NCBI GenBank assembly: GCA_965218095.1 | Contig: OZ244587.1 | Coordinates: forward strand, 2,048,001 to 2,112,000 | Source of the DNA: Candidatus Poribacteria bacterium | Lineage (GTDB): Bacteria; Poribacteria; WGA-4E; PCPOR2b | Length of the DNA: 64,000 bases | Direction: 5' to 3' | In this document: piece by piece, positions 35,258 to 46,643 of the stretch | How the letters are laid out: every line of letters starts with the position of its first letter | How positions within the stretch are numbered: position 1 is the first letter of the stretch | Made by a program: the position numbers and the translations under genes | The notes under the pieces: model-generated | What the model was told of the DNA's origin: nothing | The model's input: the letters and a program-made list of their open reading frames with translations, nothing else | The model's database searches: none

Positions 35258-36283
35258 ATGACCGTTCCTGTTTCAGTTCTAGCGATTGCAGTTGTTGCTG
35301 GTATTTTGTTGTTGTCCTGGCTTGTTCCACTAAGACTCTGGATTGCTGCCCGCGCATCAAACGTGAAGGTCCGAATCTTCCAAGATCTCGTTGCCATGCG
35401 CTTACGTCGTGTGCCTCCGAAGGCAATCGTGGAACCGCAGATTGAAGCGACAAAAGCTGGACTTAATCTCAGACTTGACAACCTCGAAGCGCACTATCTC
35501 GCCGGGGGCAGCGTGGGAAACGTTGTCTCTGCACTCATCGTTGCGGATAAAGCAAGGATCCAGCTGGACTTCACGCAAGCCGCAGCCATAGATCTCGCCG
35601 GGAGAGATGTGTTAGAAGCCGTGCGGATGAGCGTCAATCCAAAGATTATTGATGTCCCACCCAAGGGTGAAAACAGCCCCGGCATTACTGCGGTCGCCCG
35701 TGACGGCATCCAACTGATTGCGCGCGCTCGGGTTACTGTGAGAGCCAATATTAATCGGCTTGTCGGTGGTGCAGGAGAAGCAACAATCATCGCCAGAGTG
35801 GGAGAGGGTATTATCACGACGATTGGTTCTGCCGTAAGCCATAAAGCGGTCCTGGAAAATCCAGCGCAGATCTCGAAGGTTGTCCTTGAAAAGGGCCTGG
35901 CAGCCGGTACAGCTTTTGAGATCCTGTCCATTGATATTGCAGATATCAACATCGGTGCCAATGTCGGCGCAAAACTGCAAACGGATCAAGCGGAAGCCGA
36001 GTTGAAAATTGCTCGCGCCAAAGCGGAAGAAAGACGGGCGCTGGCGCAAGCGCAAGAAGAGGAAAACAAAGCCTTCGTCGAGGAAATGACTGTCACTCTC
36101 GTTGAAGCAGAAGCGGAAGTGCCTCGCGCCATTGCAGATTCTTTCTCGTCAGGCAGCATGAGTGTTATGGATTACTACAATCTGCGCAACGTCATCGCGG
36201 ACACGGAGATGCGTCAATCGATCGCAACGACTAACGGTGACAGAGACACGACCCGTTCATCTCATGCGTTGGGACTTTCGTAA
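35258..36283 (+). CDS. floA: Flotillin-like protein FloA (YqfA) paralog 2
   Basis: Same FloA motifs plus C-terminal [17 protein letters not shown]. Confidence 0.92.
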   Translation: MTVPVSVLAIAVVAGILLLSWLVPLRLWIAARASNVKVRIFQDLVAMRLRRVPPKAIVEPQIEATKAGLNLRLDNLEAHYLAGGSVGNVVSALIVADKARIQLDFTQAAAIDLAGRDVLEAVRMSVNPKIIDVPPKGENSPGITAVARDGIQLIARARVTVRANINRLVGGAGEATIIARVGEGIITTIGSAVSHKAVLENPAQISKVVLEKGLAAGTAFEILSIDIADINIGANVGAKLQTDQAEAELKIARAKAEERRALAQAQEEENKAFVEEMTVTLVEAEAEVPRAIADSFSSGSMSVMDYYNLRNVIADTEMRQSIATTNGDRDTTRSSHALGLS

Positions 36284-36639
36284 GAAATTTGGGCTCAGGT
36301 TATTAGGCATTAGGCTATTAACTAATGGTGCTAGTTTGAAACCAAAGATCCAGTCATAGCAACGATCGATTCTTTGCGAGGTCAAATATGTAAGCTCTAC
36401 ACCTCTTGTGGGGACTACATCCTCACCAAACTACAGATGGTATTATTGTGATGGAGAATTTCCGCTTCTTCCTTTTTTCGGAAATTCCGCTAAACCTCAC
36501 CTGATCTGACTTTGAGGCCTTATGGCGTCTTATCGCAGCTTCGCTCCCGTTACCCCTACAATCGGCGATCAGAATTATTTCGTGGAAAGGTATAGAAGAA
36601 AAACCCAGCAATTTCTTGTTCCGCAACCGGCAGATAATC

Positions 36640-37132
36640 ATGAATGAAAAAGAGAGTACAACCCACAACCTGCTTGGCTTACATGCACGCTTCGCCCAAA
36701 TGCTCTCCGAAGCTGCGAATCAATTCTCTTCCAACATCTACATCCAAGAAGGGCAGATGAAAGTAAGCGCAAAAAATGTTATGGGAATCATGATCTCATC
36801 TTTCGCATCATCCGGATCAAATTTTCTTAATTTCGGAGGACAAACCCGCATGTCGCGCGGATCCGATAATTGACCGTTTCGATTATCAAGACCGGGTTGA
36901 GGCGGCAATGTGTCAATCATCGGAGCGGGATGTTGAGAAGCCTTGCAAAGACTGGATCCAAAAATTAAGAAAACCACTCAAAAATGATGCGAAAGGTAAG
37001 ATGATGTTAGCCGCTAGAAAAGACATCCAACTTACCATTACCGCAGAAGGCCCAGGCGAAGAAGAAGTCATCGGAGTATTGTCGAAATTGGTTGAAAGTG
37101 GCTTCGATGAGGTAATTCACTTTCGTGTTTAA
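36640..37132 (+). pseudogene. ptsH: HPr family phosphocarrier protein interrupted by a MITE
   Basis: GLHAR..AKNVMGIM before the insert and MLAA..TITAEGPGEEE..L..LVESGFDE after it; removing the insert restores one frame. Confidence 0.85.
36795..37000. mobile_element. 206-bp MITE
   Basis: TIRs CTCATCTTTCGCATCAT/ATGATGCGAAAGGTAAG (15/17); subterminal IR TTTTCTTAATTT/AAATTAAGAAAA; 5-bp TSD ATGAT at 36790-36794 and 37001-37005. Confidence 0.88.
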
Positions 37133-37176
37133 CTGTAAATGACTCCGACGGGAACATGAGGTGACCCTCTAAATCT

Positions 37177-37704
37177 GTGCACTTATTTTATGAACAGCCT
37201 GGAATAGCATTGATTAAGTATCGTCGCTATCAGATAAAAGAGAGGTGCAAATTGGGAAATGAAATTATCTACAAGACACATCTTGAGGACATCAACTGGA
37301 AAGAGATGAAAGAGACATTGGCAATGGATAAGTTTGACAATGGACGCACGCCAGAGCAGCTTGCAAGTTCTTTCCGAAACAGCTATGCGACGGTAATTGC
37401 CTACATTAATAATCAGATTGTTGGCACGGCGCGTGCGCTTTCTGATGGTGTCTGCAATGCCTACATAGTTGATGTCTGGACACTTACGAAGTATCGCAGA
37501 CGTGGCATCGCAAGCAGAATGATGGGAATTCTTTCTCATCAATTGCAAGGACAGCAGGTATATCTGTTTACAGAAGATGCGACTGCCTTTTACGAAACAC
37601 TTGGATTTAAGGCGCAGTCGGTGGGAATGGGAAAAGTGGTTGGGGAGTGGCTGAAGCCTAAAAGCACCGCGTATAATGTGCCCAGAAAACGTGTACAATA
37701 CTAA
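37177..37704 (+). CDS. GNAT family N-acetyltransferase (true start probably downstream)
   Basis: VGTARALSDG, YIVDVWT..YRRRGIAS, FYETLGF. Confidence 0.85.
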   Translation: MHLFYEQPGIALIKYRRYQIKERCKLGNEIIYKTHLEDINWKEMKETLAMDKFDNGRTPEQLASSFRNSYATVIAYINNQIVGTARALSDGVCNAYIVDVWTLTKYRRRGIASRMMGILSHQLQGQQVYLFTEDATAFYETLGFKAQSVGMGKVVGEWLKPKSTAYNVPRKRVQY

Positions 37705-37727
37705 AAAACTTGATGAGGTCAGAAAAG

Positions 37728-37943
37728 ATGAAAGCTTTAATCATCGCTGCCGGAAGAGGCAGTAGACTGGCAGGTCTAACCCAGGATAAGCCAAAGCCCC
37801 TGATTCAACTTTTAGGTTTATCTTTAATCGAAAGGGTGATATTAACGGCTAAACAGGCAGGTGTTGATGACTTTTTATACTACTTGGACTTCCAGATGCG
37901 ACTATTCCGTAATAACCTGAAGGTGGTATTCCGCCCTGTTTGA
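37728..37943 (+). pseudogene. Nucleotidyltransferase (NTP_transf_3, IPCT/LicC-like) N-terminal fragment
   Basis: MKALIIAAGRGSRL..DKPKPL; similarity ends after about 50 aa. Confidence 0.75.
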
Positions 37944-38011
37944 CTCCCCACAAATAGTCGCATTTGAATCTGCAAACGGTATAATGCCTACTATCAAAAA
38001 AGGAGATACCG

Positions 38012-38428
38012 ATGGACGAATTCATTCAAGTGATTGCTTTTATTGTTTTTGGAATTGTGGCATTGCTGGGCAGGCTCCTCAGTCGGAAAGAGCCTAGCGT
38101 CGTACTGGAGGAAGAAGAGGTGACTTTGCCGCCGTGGGGTAACTTGCCAATGAAGGAGGAAGCCCCAGCCCCCCAAACCGTCGAACCTGAAACGATGCCC
38201 ATTCAACCTCCAGCACTTCACCCATATTCAGCACATCTCGTGAACAAAGAAACACCTGTCAAGCCGGAGTTGAAACCTGTCCCTGCTCCCAAAAGCCATA
38301 CCGATTCGCCTCCACCTAAGTCGCCGGAAATTGCAGGAATTCCTCTGTCCCCCCAGACTTTTCGTCAAGGGATTATCCTCGCTGAGATTCTTGGACGCCC
38401 AAAATCTCTTCGCCGTCCCCGTCAGTAG
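38012..38428 (+). CDS. YqfB-like proline-rich membrane-anchored protein
   Basis: N-terminal TM helix; C-terminal RQGIILAEILGRPKSLR, typical of the gene that follows floA. Confidence 0.7.
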   Translation: MDEFIQVIAFIVFGIVALLGRLLSRKEPSVVLEEEEVTLPPWGNLPMKEEAPAPQTVEPETMPIQPPALHPYSAHLVNKETPVKPELKPVPAPKSHTDSPPPKSPEIAGIPLSPQTFRQGIILAEILGRPKSLRRPRQ

Positions 38429-38464
38429 AACTGCTAAAATCTCTACATTGTTCAGCACATTCCG

Positions 38465-39229
38465 TTATAGTTCTCCACACAAAGCTTCCCACAAGGCACG
38501 ATAGTAGTTCATCACACGAAGGGGATCGGAACTCCCCGGAATTTCGGCTAAGGTGTAACCGTTATATCCGGCCGCCTTCAACAGAGCGAAGAGTTCTGGC
38601 CAGGGGTATTCCCGCCGATGGAGTTCGTTGATGTGAACCAACTGTATCCAATCCTTGACCAGATCGAAGTTGTTTTTAGTAGAGCCGTTTTCGACTTCCC
38701 CTTGATTGGAATTCCAGCAGACAAACACGTTATCGTGATCGGCAACTTCCATGATTGTTCGGATATGTGGGACATGCGATGTTCCCCTGCCGTGCACCTC
38801 AAGGCGGATCTGAACGCCGAGATTTTTGGTAAACTCCCCACACTCCCGCAAGGATACTCCAATCTGTTCCAGCGTTTTTCCCTCCGGAACGCCCTCGGGA
38901 AGACCGTTCGGCCGGACTTTCACCCCAGGGGCTCCGACATCTGCTGCAAGCTGTGCATATGCCTTCGTTCCCTCAATATTCTCCCGCACTTCATCCGCAT
39001 CCGTTGAGTGATACTCGAATGCACTTCCCAATCCAGCCAGTTCAACCGGCGAGTCCTCAAACCGTTTTCGCACTGCCTGGCGTTCGTTTGCGGAAAGATT
39101 GACCTCAACCCCATGGGCATGGGTGGTGCGCAGTTCGACACCCTGAAAACCGGTTGCTGCGCAGTGTTCGATAATCGTTAGAACGTCCCAATCCTTCGCC
39201 ATATTATACGTCACAAGACCAAGTTTCAT
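38465..39229 (-). CDS. Sugar phosphate isomerase/epimerase (xylose isomerase-like TIM barrel)
   Basis: GFQGVELR, RLEVHG, LVHINE, GYNGYTLAE. Confidence 0.85.
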   Translation of the reverse strand: MKLGLVTYNMAKDWDVLTIIEHCAATGFQGVELRTTHAHGVEVNLSANERQAVRKRFEDSPVELAGLGSAFEYHSTDADEVRENIEGTKAYAQLAADVGAPGVKVRPNGLPEGVPEGKTLEQIGVSLRECGEFTKNLGVQIRLEVHGRGTSHVPHIRTIMEVADHDNVFVCWNSNQGEVENGSTKNNFDLVKDWIQLVHINELHRREYPWPELFALLKAAGYNGYTLAEIPGSSDPLRVMNYYRALWEALCGEL

Positions 39230-39404
39230 CGTATTTCTCCTCTGTAATGGGTGCTTTTGCCGCCGTAAAGTTGCTAACTCTCCAACCATTGTATCACAAT
39301 CCGCTTAACCCATCTAGCTGAAATTTACTGCTTATTTCTATTGCAAACCCTTGCGCCTTGTGCTATGCTATGGTTTCCAATCCTACATTCAAATGAGGAG
39401 TCAG

Positions 39405-40449
39405 ATGAGTCAAGCAGAGATCAAAGTTGGAATTATCGGTGCGGGTGATATTGTGTGCAACCGTCATTTACCCAATCTGCGAAAAATTGAAGGAGTTGAA
39501 ATTGTTGCCGTCTGTAACCGTACCTCTGAAAGCGCGGAAAGGGTCGCAGCGGATTATGATATTCCGAGGATTTACAAAAACTGGCGAGATCTGATTCGAC
39601 AAAAGGACGTTGATGCGGTGTTCATCGGAACGCCCCCCTTACCTTCATTACGCCGCGACCCTGGCAGCGCTGGATGCGGGAAAACATGTATTCTGCCAAG
39701 CGCGTATGGCGATGAACTATCAGGAGGCGAAGCAGATGTACGAAGCTTCGCAGAAAACAGCTCTGAAGACAATGCTGTGTCCTGTCCCCGTTGGGATTCG
39801 AGGGGGTGCGATGATGAAAAAGCTGATTGACTCAGGTTATGTTGGATAGGTCTACAACATTCAGATGCCCGGCTTTTCGTCACAATATGCGGATGCAAGT
39901 CGCTCACTGCACTGGCGTCAGATGCCAGATATATCAGGGTTAAACACGCTGACGCTGGGGATGTGGGCAGAAGTCTTACATCGATGATTCGGTTATGCGC
40001 GTCGGGTTACGGCACAAACGAAGATCCACATTCCGCAACGCCGCCTGCCAAATTCAGATGATTGGACGAAAGTGGAGATTCCCGATGGAATTGGCATCGT
40101 CGCTGAGATGATGAATGGCACCTTAATGGTGATGCACTTCAGCGGCGTGGCTCGATTCGCAGGTGATAATCGCTGCGAAATCTACGGGAGTGATGGGACG
40201 ATTATGTACAATCTCGACACGGATCAAATTCATGGGGCGCAAGTAGGCGATGACGGGTTAAAACCCATCTCGATTCCTGAACCGCTTCAGCGTGAATGGA
40301 TGGTCGAGGAGGATTTTATCTCGGCGATCCGGAATGACGCCCCCGTGTTACCGAGTTTCTACGCCGGATTGAAGTATATGGAATTCACCGAAGCCGTGAT
40401 GCGATCTGCCCACGAAGGCCGGATCGTTGAACTTCCTTTCAGTAGCTGA
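39405..40449 (+). pseudogene. Gfo/Idh/MocA oxidoreductase, disrupted
   Basis: VGIIGAG, GKHVFCQARMA; frameshift near 39635 and internal stops near 39847 and 39985. Confidence 0.8.
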
Positions 40450-40598
40450 TTGACATGGGTATGGCCTACTATCACTAAATCCGTGGTTCCAGTTGGAATG
40501 TCGAGAAGACGACCAGGGATTTGAGTTCAAGCGTTCAATGAACCCATGAACTGATGAATTCATGAACCTCTGCACAGAGACAAACTGAGTGGTTACAG

Positions 40599-41936
40599 TT
40601 AGCCCAGTCTCACGCATAGAAATGGAATCAGCATTTCATCAGGGGTTAAGCCGCCGTGTCTTCCGCCAGTCGCATACGGCTTATCCGTCACCGGGGCGTA
40701 AAAAGCGTTGTTATCGCGCATAACAACGAGCAAATCGCCCATTCTGTCGCAGACATGCTCACTGAGATCGCCATGTCCCCACAGCCCAAGATTTAACGCT
40801 TTTTGCGAATCAATCACGATCAGTTGATCCGAAAATCGGTCTCTCAAGTAAGTCTGTAGCCGATCCAATTTTCCCTGTTTGACGTGGAGATACGCAGCGC
40901 GATAGTCTCCTGTTGGCAAGAATAACAGGTGATCCTTGATAGCAGGGAAGCGATCGACTCGGATGTGCCTGTCTTTCGGAACGGTGATCTGGCCATGGTC
41001 GGCGGTTAGAATGAGAAGCGTGGTTCCTGAGATCTGGGAATCGACATGCTGAATGAGCTCTCGTTCTAGCGAATATGACAAGTTGCATACCTCCGCGACA
41101 AACTCCTCGCTGTTGGCACCATAAAGATGAGCAATTGAGTCAATCGCATCCCAGTAGACAAAGATGCAGGCACGTTCATCAGGCTTTTCTTTAATAAGCC
41201 GCCGCAACGTAACGAACATATCCGACGCATTCACAAAACCGTGAACTCTGGTTGCTCCCAGGTGAAACATCTGGGATAGAGGACTTCCCCTGTATTCGTT
41301 TCTGATCAGGACATGCGAAGCAACCCGTGCGTTGGCGAGGCGTTGGTGAAGCGTTTTGACACCGAGTAACCGTTGGGGGTCAAGCCCCATCTGAAGTAGA
41401 CGACCATCCGCCGATTCGTAGATGGATGAGAAGCCAATCATGTTCGCGATGGTCGCATATTCTTTGAGGAAAAGGCGGTAGCCGAGTATACCGTGTTCTT
41501 GGGGGGTCACGCCCGTGTAAAAACTGGTCAGGGCAGCAACCGTTGTTGATGGGAAAATCGAAGTGAGTGGGACGAATCGACCGCGACGGATTAATTCATT
41601 CAGAATCAGATCTGGCTGTGATTCAAGGACTGGCGTCAGTTGATTATATCCGAGGGCATCCACGAGAAATAGGATGACCTTCCGAATCCCTTCCGTTTGC
41701 CCCTCAACCAGTTCATCAGGTAACGCAGGGTGCCCAGGGATGTGGATGCCAAACAGCTTCAGTAATGTTGCGGAAATATTGATCAGTGAAAGGTCTTTAT
41801 AGGCGGGATATATGAATTCGCCGGGTTGAACATATTGATTTATCTGTTTGATGGACTGACGCCGGATATGTGCTTCAATTTTATCGGCAGGTGGTTGATG
41901 CGCCGTTTTATAATCCAACTTGTATGTTCCAGACAT
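40599..41936 (-). CDS. Alkaline phosphatase superfamily (nucleotide pyrophosphatase-like) protein
   Basis: LVDALG, SIFPSTT, DSIAH, TADHG, GRHGG. Confidence 0.85.
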   Translation of the reverse strand: MSGTYKLDYKTAHQPPADKIEAHIRRQSIKQINQYVQPGEFIYPAYKDLSLINISATLLKLFGIHIPGHPALPDELVEGQTEGIRKVILFLVDALGYNQLTPVLESQPDLILNELIRRGRFVPLTSIFPSTTVAALTSFYTGVTPQEHGILGYRLFLKEYATIANMIGFSSIYESADGRLLQMGLDPQRLLGVKTLHQRLANARVASHVLIRNEYRGSPLSQMFHLGATRVHGFVNASDMFVTLRRLIKEKPDERACIFVYWDAIDSIAHLYGANSEEFVAEVCNLSYSLERELIQHVDSQISGTTLLILTADHGQITVPKDRHIRVDRFPAIKDHLLFLPTGDYRAAYLHVKQGKLDRLQTYLRDRFSDQLIVIDSQKALNLGLWGHGDLSEHVCDRMGDLLVVMRDNNAFYAPVTDKPYATGGRHGGLTPDEMLIPFLCVRLG

Positions 41937-42031
41937 GCATTATCCTAACTATTGGAAAAAAGTGCATCAAAATAAGCTGTAGGGCACGCAATACGCATCA
42001 CGTTTTTACGTTTCACGCATGGCGTGCGTAC

Positions 42032-42526
42032 CTATATGCAGATGCCAACAATTAACACAGCAGTTGGCATTGATGTTTCTTGAGCCCTCCGGAAGGCATC
42101 GCTGATATACGGAATGTCATCATCAGTTTCGATCTTGTTGTATGGAAACCCCCACGCCTTGAGCGTCGGTTCAAGGAAGGTCGCGGCGGTGTCTATACGA
42201 GGGGCATCGGGTTTCATAGTCTGATACCCACGATAACCGACCAGCGATACCAAGGGGATTTCCATATTAAAGGCTGTGCCTCGGATGGCATCTCCAGATT
42301 CCAGAAAACCGGTATTCTGGATAATGACCACAGGGTGTTTTCCGCCAACGTATAGTCCTGATGCGATGGCGAATGCTTCACCTTCACGGCTAACGGTGAT
42401 GACATCGATTTCGGGGTCTGCATGGAGTCGCTTAAAGATTTGCGCTGTCCCGTTGTCGGGCAAGCCAATCGCATGGCTCACGTTCCATTTTTTCAACTCG
42501 TCTACAATTTTTTGTGCGGATACCAA
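42032..42526 (-). CDS. Sulfopyruvate/phosphonopyruvate decarboxylase alpha-subunit-like protein
   Basis: GLPD, SREGEAFAIASG, IQNTG, YRG (ThDP enzyme PYR domain). Confidence 0.75.
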   Translation of the reverse strand: MVSAQKIVDELKKWNVSHAIGLPDNGTAQIFKRLHADPEIDVITVSREGEAFAIASGLYVGGKHPVVIIQNTGFLESGDAIRGTAFNMEIPLVSLVGYRGYQTMKPDAPRIDTAATFLEPTLKAWGFPYNKIETDDDIPYISDAFRRAQETSMPTAVLIVGICI

Positions 42527-42563
42527 ATCGTGTTCCTCCTCAATGAATCAATAACCTTTCTTG

Positions 42564-44507
42564 CTACTTTCGCCCTTCGACGAGTGAATCGACAACTGCT
42601 GGTTCAGCAAGCGTTGAGGTGTCTCCGAGATCGTCAAGTTCTCCTTCAGCGATTTTCCGAAGGATACGCCGCATAATTTTGCCGGAGCGGGTTTTGGGGA
42701 GTGCAGGCGCGAACTGAATCTTGTCCGGCGTCGCATGGGGACCGATATGCTGACGCACCACACCCTTGATGCCGGTTTCGATGTCATCTGAAGGCGACAC
42801 ACCACTCATCAGTGTGACATAGGCGTAGATACCCTGTCCCTTAATCTCGTGTGGGTAGCCGACAACGGCTGCTTCAGCGACCGTTTCATGCTGCCCGATG
42901 GCTCCCTCGACTTCGGCTGTACCCAGGCGGTGTCCAGAGATATTCAGCACATCATCAACACGCCCGGTAATCCAGTAGTAGCCATCTTCGTCGCGCAACG
43001 TGCCATCGCCGGTCATGTAGTAGCCGGGGAAGCGATCGAAATAGGTTTCGCGGAAGCGTTCGTGGTTGCCGTAAACGGTTCGCATTACGCCGGGCCAAGC
43101 AGTCTTGATACATAGGTATCCGCGTGCCGGGTTGCCCTCCACCTCTTTTCCTTCTTCGTCTAGAATAACAGGTTCTATTCCAAAGAAGGGGAGTGTTGCG
43201 GAACCGGGTTTCAGTGGCGTTGCTCCCGGTAACGGCGTCATCAAAATGCCGCCGGTCTCTGTTTGCCACCATGTATCAACAATTGGGCATCGTCCATCTC
43301 CCACGATGTTATAGTACCAGAGCCATTCGGGTTCTTTGATCGGTTCACCGACGGTGCCGAGCAGTCTCAGGGTGGATCGGCTATGTTTCGTGACCCAATC
43401 ATTTCCTTCCTTCATCAAGGCACGTAAGGCGGTTGGCGCGGTATAGAAGAGATTGACTTGGTGCTTGTCGATTACCTGCCAGTAACGCCCAAAATCAGGA
43501 TATGTTGGGATGCTTTCAAACATGAGAGTAATCGCGCGGTTTGAAAGGGGGCCGTACACAATATAAGAATGTCCGGTGATCCAACCGATGTCAGCCGCAC
43601 AGAAGTAAACATCCCCTTCATGATAGTCAAAAATCATCTCGTGGGTGAACGATGTATAAACGAGATAGCCGCCGGTTGTGTGAAGCACCCCTTTGGGTTG
43701 CCCCGTTGAGCCGGAAGTATAAAGGATAAACAGCGGATCTTCGGCATCCATCTCCTCCGGCGGGCACTCATCGTCGGCGGTTGCCATCGCTTCATGCCAC
43801 CACACATCGCGTGAGGGATCGAAATCAACAGGATCGCCGGTGCGACGAACAACGATGACACCTTCAATTGAGGGGCATTCGACCACCGCTGCGTCGCCGT
43901 TGGCTTTCATAGGGATGCCGCTGCGGTCTCCACGAAATGCGGTGTCTTGCGTGATCAACAACTTGCACTCAGAATCGTTGATGCGATCGCGCAGAGAATC
44001 GGCTGAAAATGCGCCGAATACAACGGAATGGACGGCACCGATACGTGCACATGCCAACATGGCAATCGTCAACTCTGGGACCATCTGCAGATAGATACAG
44101 ACACGGTCGCCTTTACGGACGCCTTGCGCCTTGAGGACGTTGGCAAAGCGTTTGACCTGCTCCAACAACTCGCTGTAAGTGAAGGTCTTATCCTCGTCGG
44201 GACTGTTGCCCTCCCAAATGATTGCGGTCACATCGCCGTGTCTCGCTTCCACATGTCGGTCAAGACAATTATAGCAGGCGTTCAACTTTCCGCCATCAAA
44301 CCATTTGATGTTGGCGTTCACAAAGTCATACTCTCGGACGGTGTCCCACTTCTTATACCATGTAATGCGTTCAGCGACATTTGACCAGAAACTTTCTGGA
44401 TCTGCCACTGATTCATCGTACATTTTTTGATATTGCTCCATGCTGCTTATATGTGCAGCGGAGATTGGGTAATTTGTATTTTCTGGTGGAAATATCTTGG
44501 CTGCCAT
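42564..44507 (-). CDS. acs: Acetyl-CoA synthetase
   Basis: [33 protein letters not shown]. Confidence 0.97.
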   Translation of the reverse strand: MAAKIFPPENTNYPISAAHISSMEQYQKMYDESVADPESFWSNVAERITWYKKWDTVREYDFVNANIKWFDGGKLNACYNCLDRHVEARHGDVTAIIWEGNSPDEDKTFTYSELLEQVKRFANVLKAQGVRKGDRVCIYLQMVPELTIAMLACARIGAVHSVVFGAFSADSLRDRINDSECKLLITQDTAFRGDRSGIPMKANGDAAVVECPSIEGVIVVRRTGDPVDFDPSRDVWWHEAMATADDECPPEEMDAEDPLFILYTSGSTGQPKGVLHTTGGYLVYTSFTHEMIFDYHEGDVYFCAADIGWITGHSYIVYGPLSNRAITLMFESIPTYPDFGRYWQVIDKHQVNLFYTAPTALRALMKEGNDWVTKHSRSTLRLLGTVGEPIKEPEWLWYYNIVGDGRCPIVDTWWQTETGGILMTPLPGATPLKPGSATLPFFGIEPVILDEEGKEVEGNPARGYLCIKTAWPGVMRTVYGNHERFRETYFDRFPGYYMTGDGTLRDEDGYYWITGRVDDVLNISGHRLGTAEVEGAIGQHETVAEAAVVGYPHEIKGQGIYAYVTLMSGVSPSDDIETGIKGVVRQHIGPHATPDKIQFAPALPKTRSGKIMRRILRKIAEGELDDLGDTSTLAEPAVVDSLVEGRK

Positions 44508-44580
44508 AAAATTCTCCTTAGAAGTTTGCAATCAAGCAGATGCGCTGACAGAAGTTTTGAAATGTTTGCGAATTTCCTTT

Positions 44581-44608
44581 ATTATAAACAAAAATATGAT
44601 GTTGTCAA
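44581..44608 (-). promoter_or_regulatory. Putative sigma70 promoter of acs
   Basis: TTGACA-16 nt-TATAAT on the minus strand. Confidence 0.5.
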
Positions 44609-44910
44609 TCAAAAACAAGTGATGTTACTCGTAGACCTCTCTTCAATGTCCAACGGCAAGGATATGATAATTGTGACATAGATCGGAATTTGATATTTCA
44701 TAGCAGTGGGAATCACCTTTCTTATCGGACATTATTCTGCCATTCAACAACCAGATGCCAAACCGAGGATAACCAGTAACAATAAAATAATAAAAACAAT
44801 CAAACAACCTGTCCTGTCCGCTTCACATGCTTGATAGGCATCCCATGAACCGTGCCGAGCGATGATCCGTTCATACTCACCATAAGTTACACCAAACCTT
44901 TGTAAGTAGC

Positions 44911-46017
44911 TGAGGGGTGCTCATAAGTAGACTTGAGTCAGGATAACGGTTATAATCTAATCTAACGTGCAAGAAAGAGAGGATTATAACATGGGTTATC
45001 CTGACAGTACGTATTATATCACATTTTTGTTTGAACAACTTGACCATTTCAACGCTTCCAGCCATGCACCGCCACCTGAGAGCCATGGACGTCCGAAATC
45101 GTATACAGACGACTGCTTGATTGTCCTTTTTGCCATCTTAACGCTCAAAGGCCTCCATCGCTTTAAGGCACAACACAGATGGCTCAAGCTACACCCGCAG
45201 TGGCTGTGTCGTCTTAAACTGGCATGTGTTCCGTCTCGGGCAACCCTTTGCCGACGCTACAAACAACTCGCTTACCAGCTAGAGGCGTTCATCGGGTATC
45301 TCGGTGATGTGGGAATGACTTTGATACCTGACTCACCTCCAGAGGTGGTTTACCAAGACAAAAGTCTGTTTAAGGCAAAAGGAAGCGTCTGGCATCAGAA
45401 GGATAGAAATGCCAATCGCATCCCAACTGGCATCCGTGCCATTGACACAGACGCCAGTTGGTCAAAGAGTCACTATCACGGTTGGGTTTACGGCTATGGG
45501 CTTCATCTGACCGTCTCTATAGAGGGATTGCCTCGTATGAGTGCCATTGACACCGCGTGTGTGAGTGAAAAAGCCGTCCTTGACCGACAACTCGACACAC
45601 TGCTTGAACAGAACATCGGGTATTTAGTCGCTGATGCCGGCTATACCGACTTGAAACGTACCCAACACTTGGCGAACCAGGGACTGTTGCTAATCACTCC
45701 CGTCAGAGGCGCAAAGAGTCAGCGGGCACGGCGTTATGTTGAAGCGGTGAATCAATCGGCGCAGTTGCAGACCTATCAACACAAGCGCAAGGTTGCTATT
45801 GAACCTATCTTTGGATTGTTGAGCCAATTACTATCGACCCATACCAATCATAAGCAATTGCCGGTGAGTCGAAAAGCGAATGTCTCTACCTTTTTGATGC
45901 TGGGGGTGGTTTTACTGCAACTGGCTATGTTAGTCAATTCTATTTGGGGAAGACCCCTGAGAAATGTAACACATCTGATTACACTCTTTCGATAAGGGGA
46001 CTTATGAGCACCCCTCA
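44911..46017 (+). mobile_element. DDE insertion sequence (DDE_Tnp_1 type; IS5/IS4/IS982-like, family not resolved), transposase 44991-45995
   Basis: Perfect 18-bp TIR TGAGGGGTGCTCATAAGT/ACTTATGAGCACCCCTCA; motifs DTDASW, YGYGLH, VADAGY, RKVAIEPIFG; no TSD seen. Confidence 0.9.
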
Positions 46018-46022
46018 CTTAA

Positions 46023-46643
46023 CTAAGCGAGTTCCGCGAGATGAAACGCCAAAGTGAACGGCTCGTCTTCTAAAGTTTGAGGAATTTTCTGCAATTCGGG
46101 GGCGTGTTTGATGAAATAGATCCACTTCTCTGTATCGGTTTCGAGCCCATCTACCGTCAGGGTGAATTTGGGCAACTCCACATAGACGAAGGTCAGTTTT
46201 TCTGTAAAGACTTTGTGTTTCTGACAATCCATCAGTTGGATGCGACGGAGATATTGGTCATCCTCGTCGAAAGTGAAGTTCAGAATCCCAACGCAGTAGA
46301 CAGCGTTTAATTGATAATTCCAATCCCCTTGCTCTGCTTGCTGGAAGATGGGGAACGTGGAGTAAAATAACGCCTAATCTTTAAAGTAACGCTGTCTAGT
46401 TTTTTGCATCTCGATGATGAACCACCACCCACTTTCATCGACACAATAGACATCGAAAATCCCCTTTCGCTCTTGCGGTGAGCGGAGACGTTGTTCGGTG
46501 GAAAGGAAGGTAAGTTCAACAATCGGGAAAGGGAGTTCTAAAAGGTCAAAGAGAAAGTGCTTGAGAACCGGTTTGCTTTCCTCCTCCCCGAAGAGTTTCT
46601 TGAACCCAAAATCGGTTGTCGGATCGATGTATTTCGTGAACAT
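46023..46643 (-). pseudogene. Rpn family (PD-(D/E)XK recombination-promoting nuclease), disrupted
   Basis: DFGFKKLFG, FDVYC, IIEMQ, YVELPKF, WIYFIK; in-frame stop at 46374-46376; 3' end cut at the IS. Confidence 0.85.
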
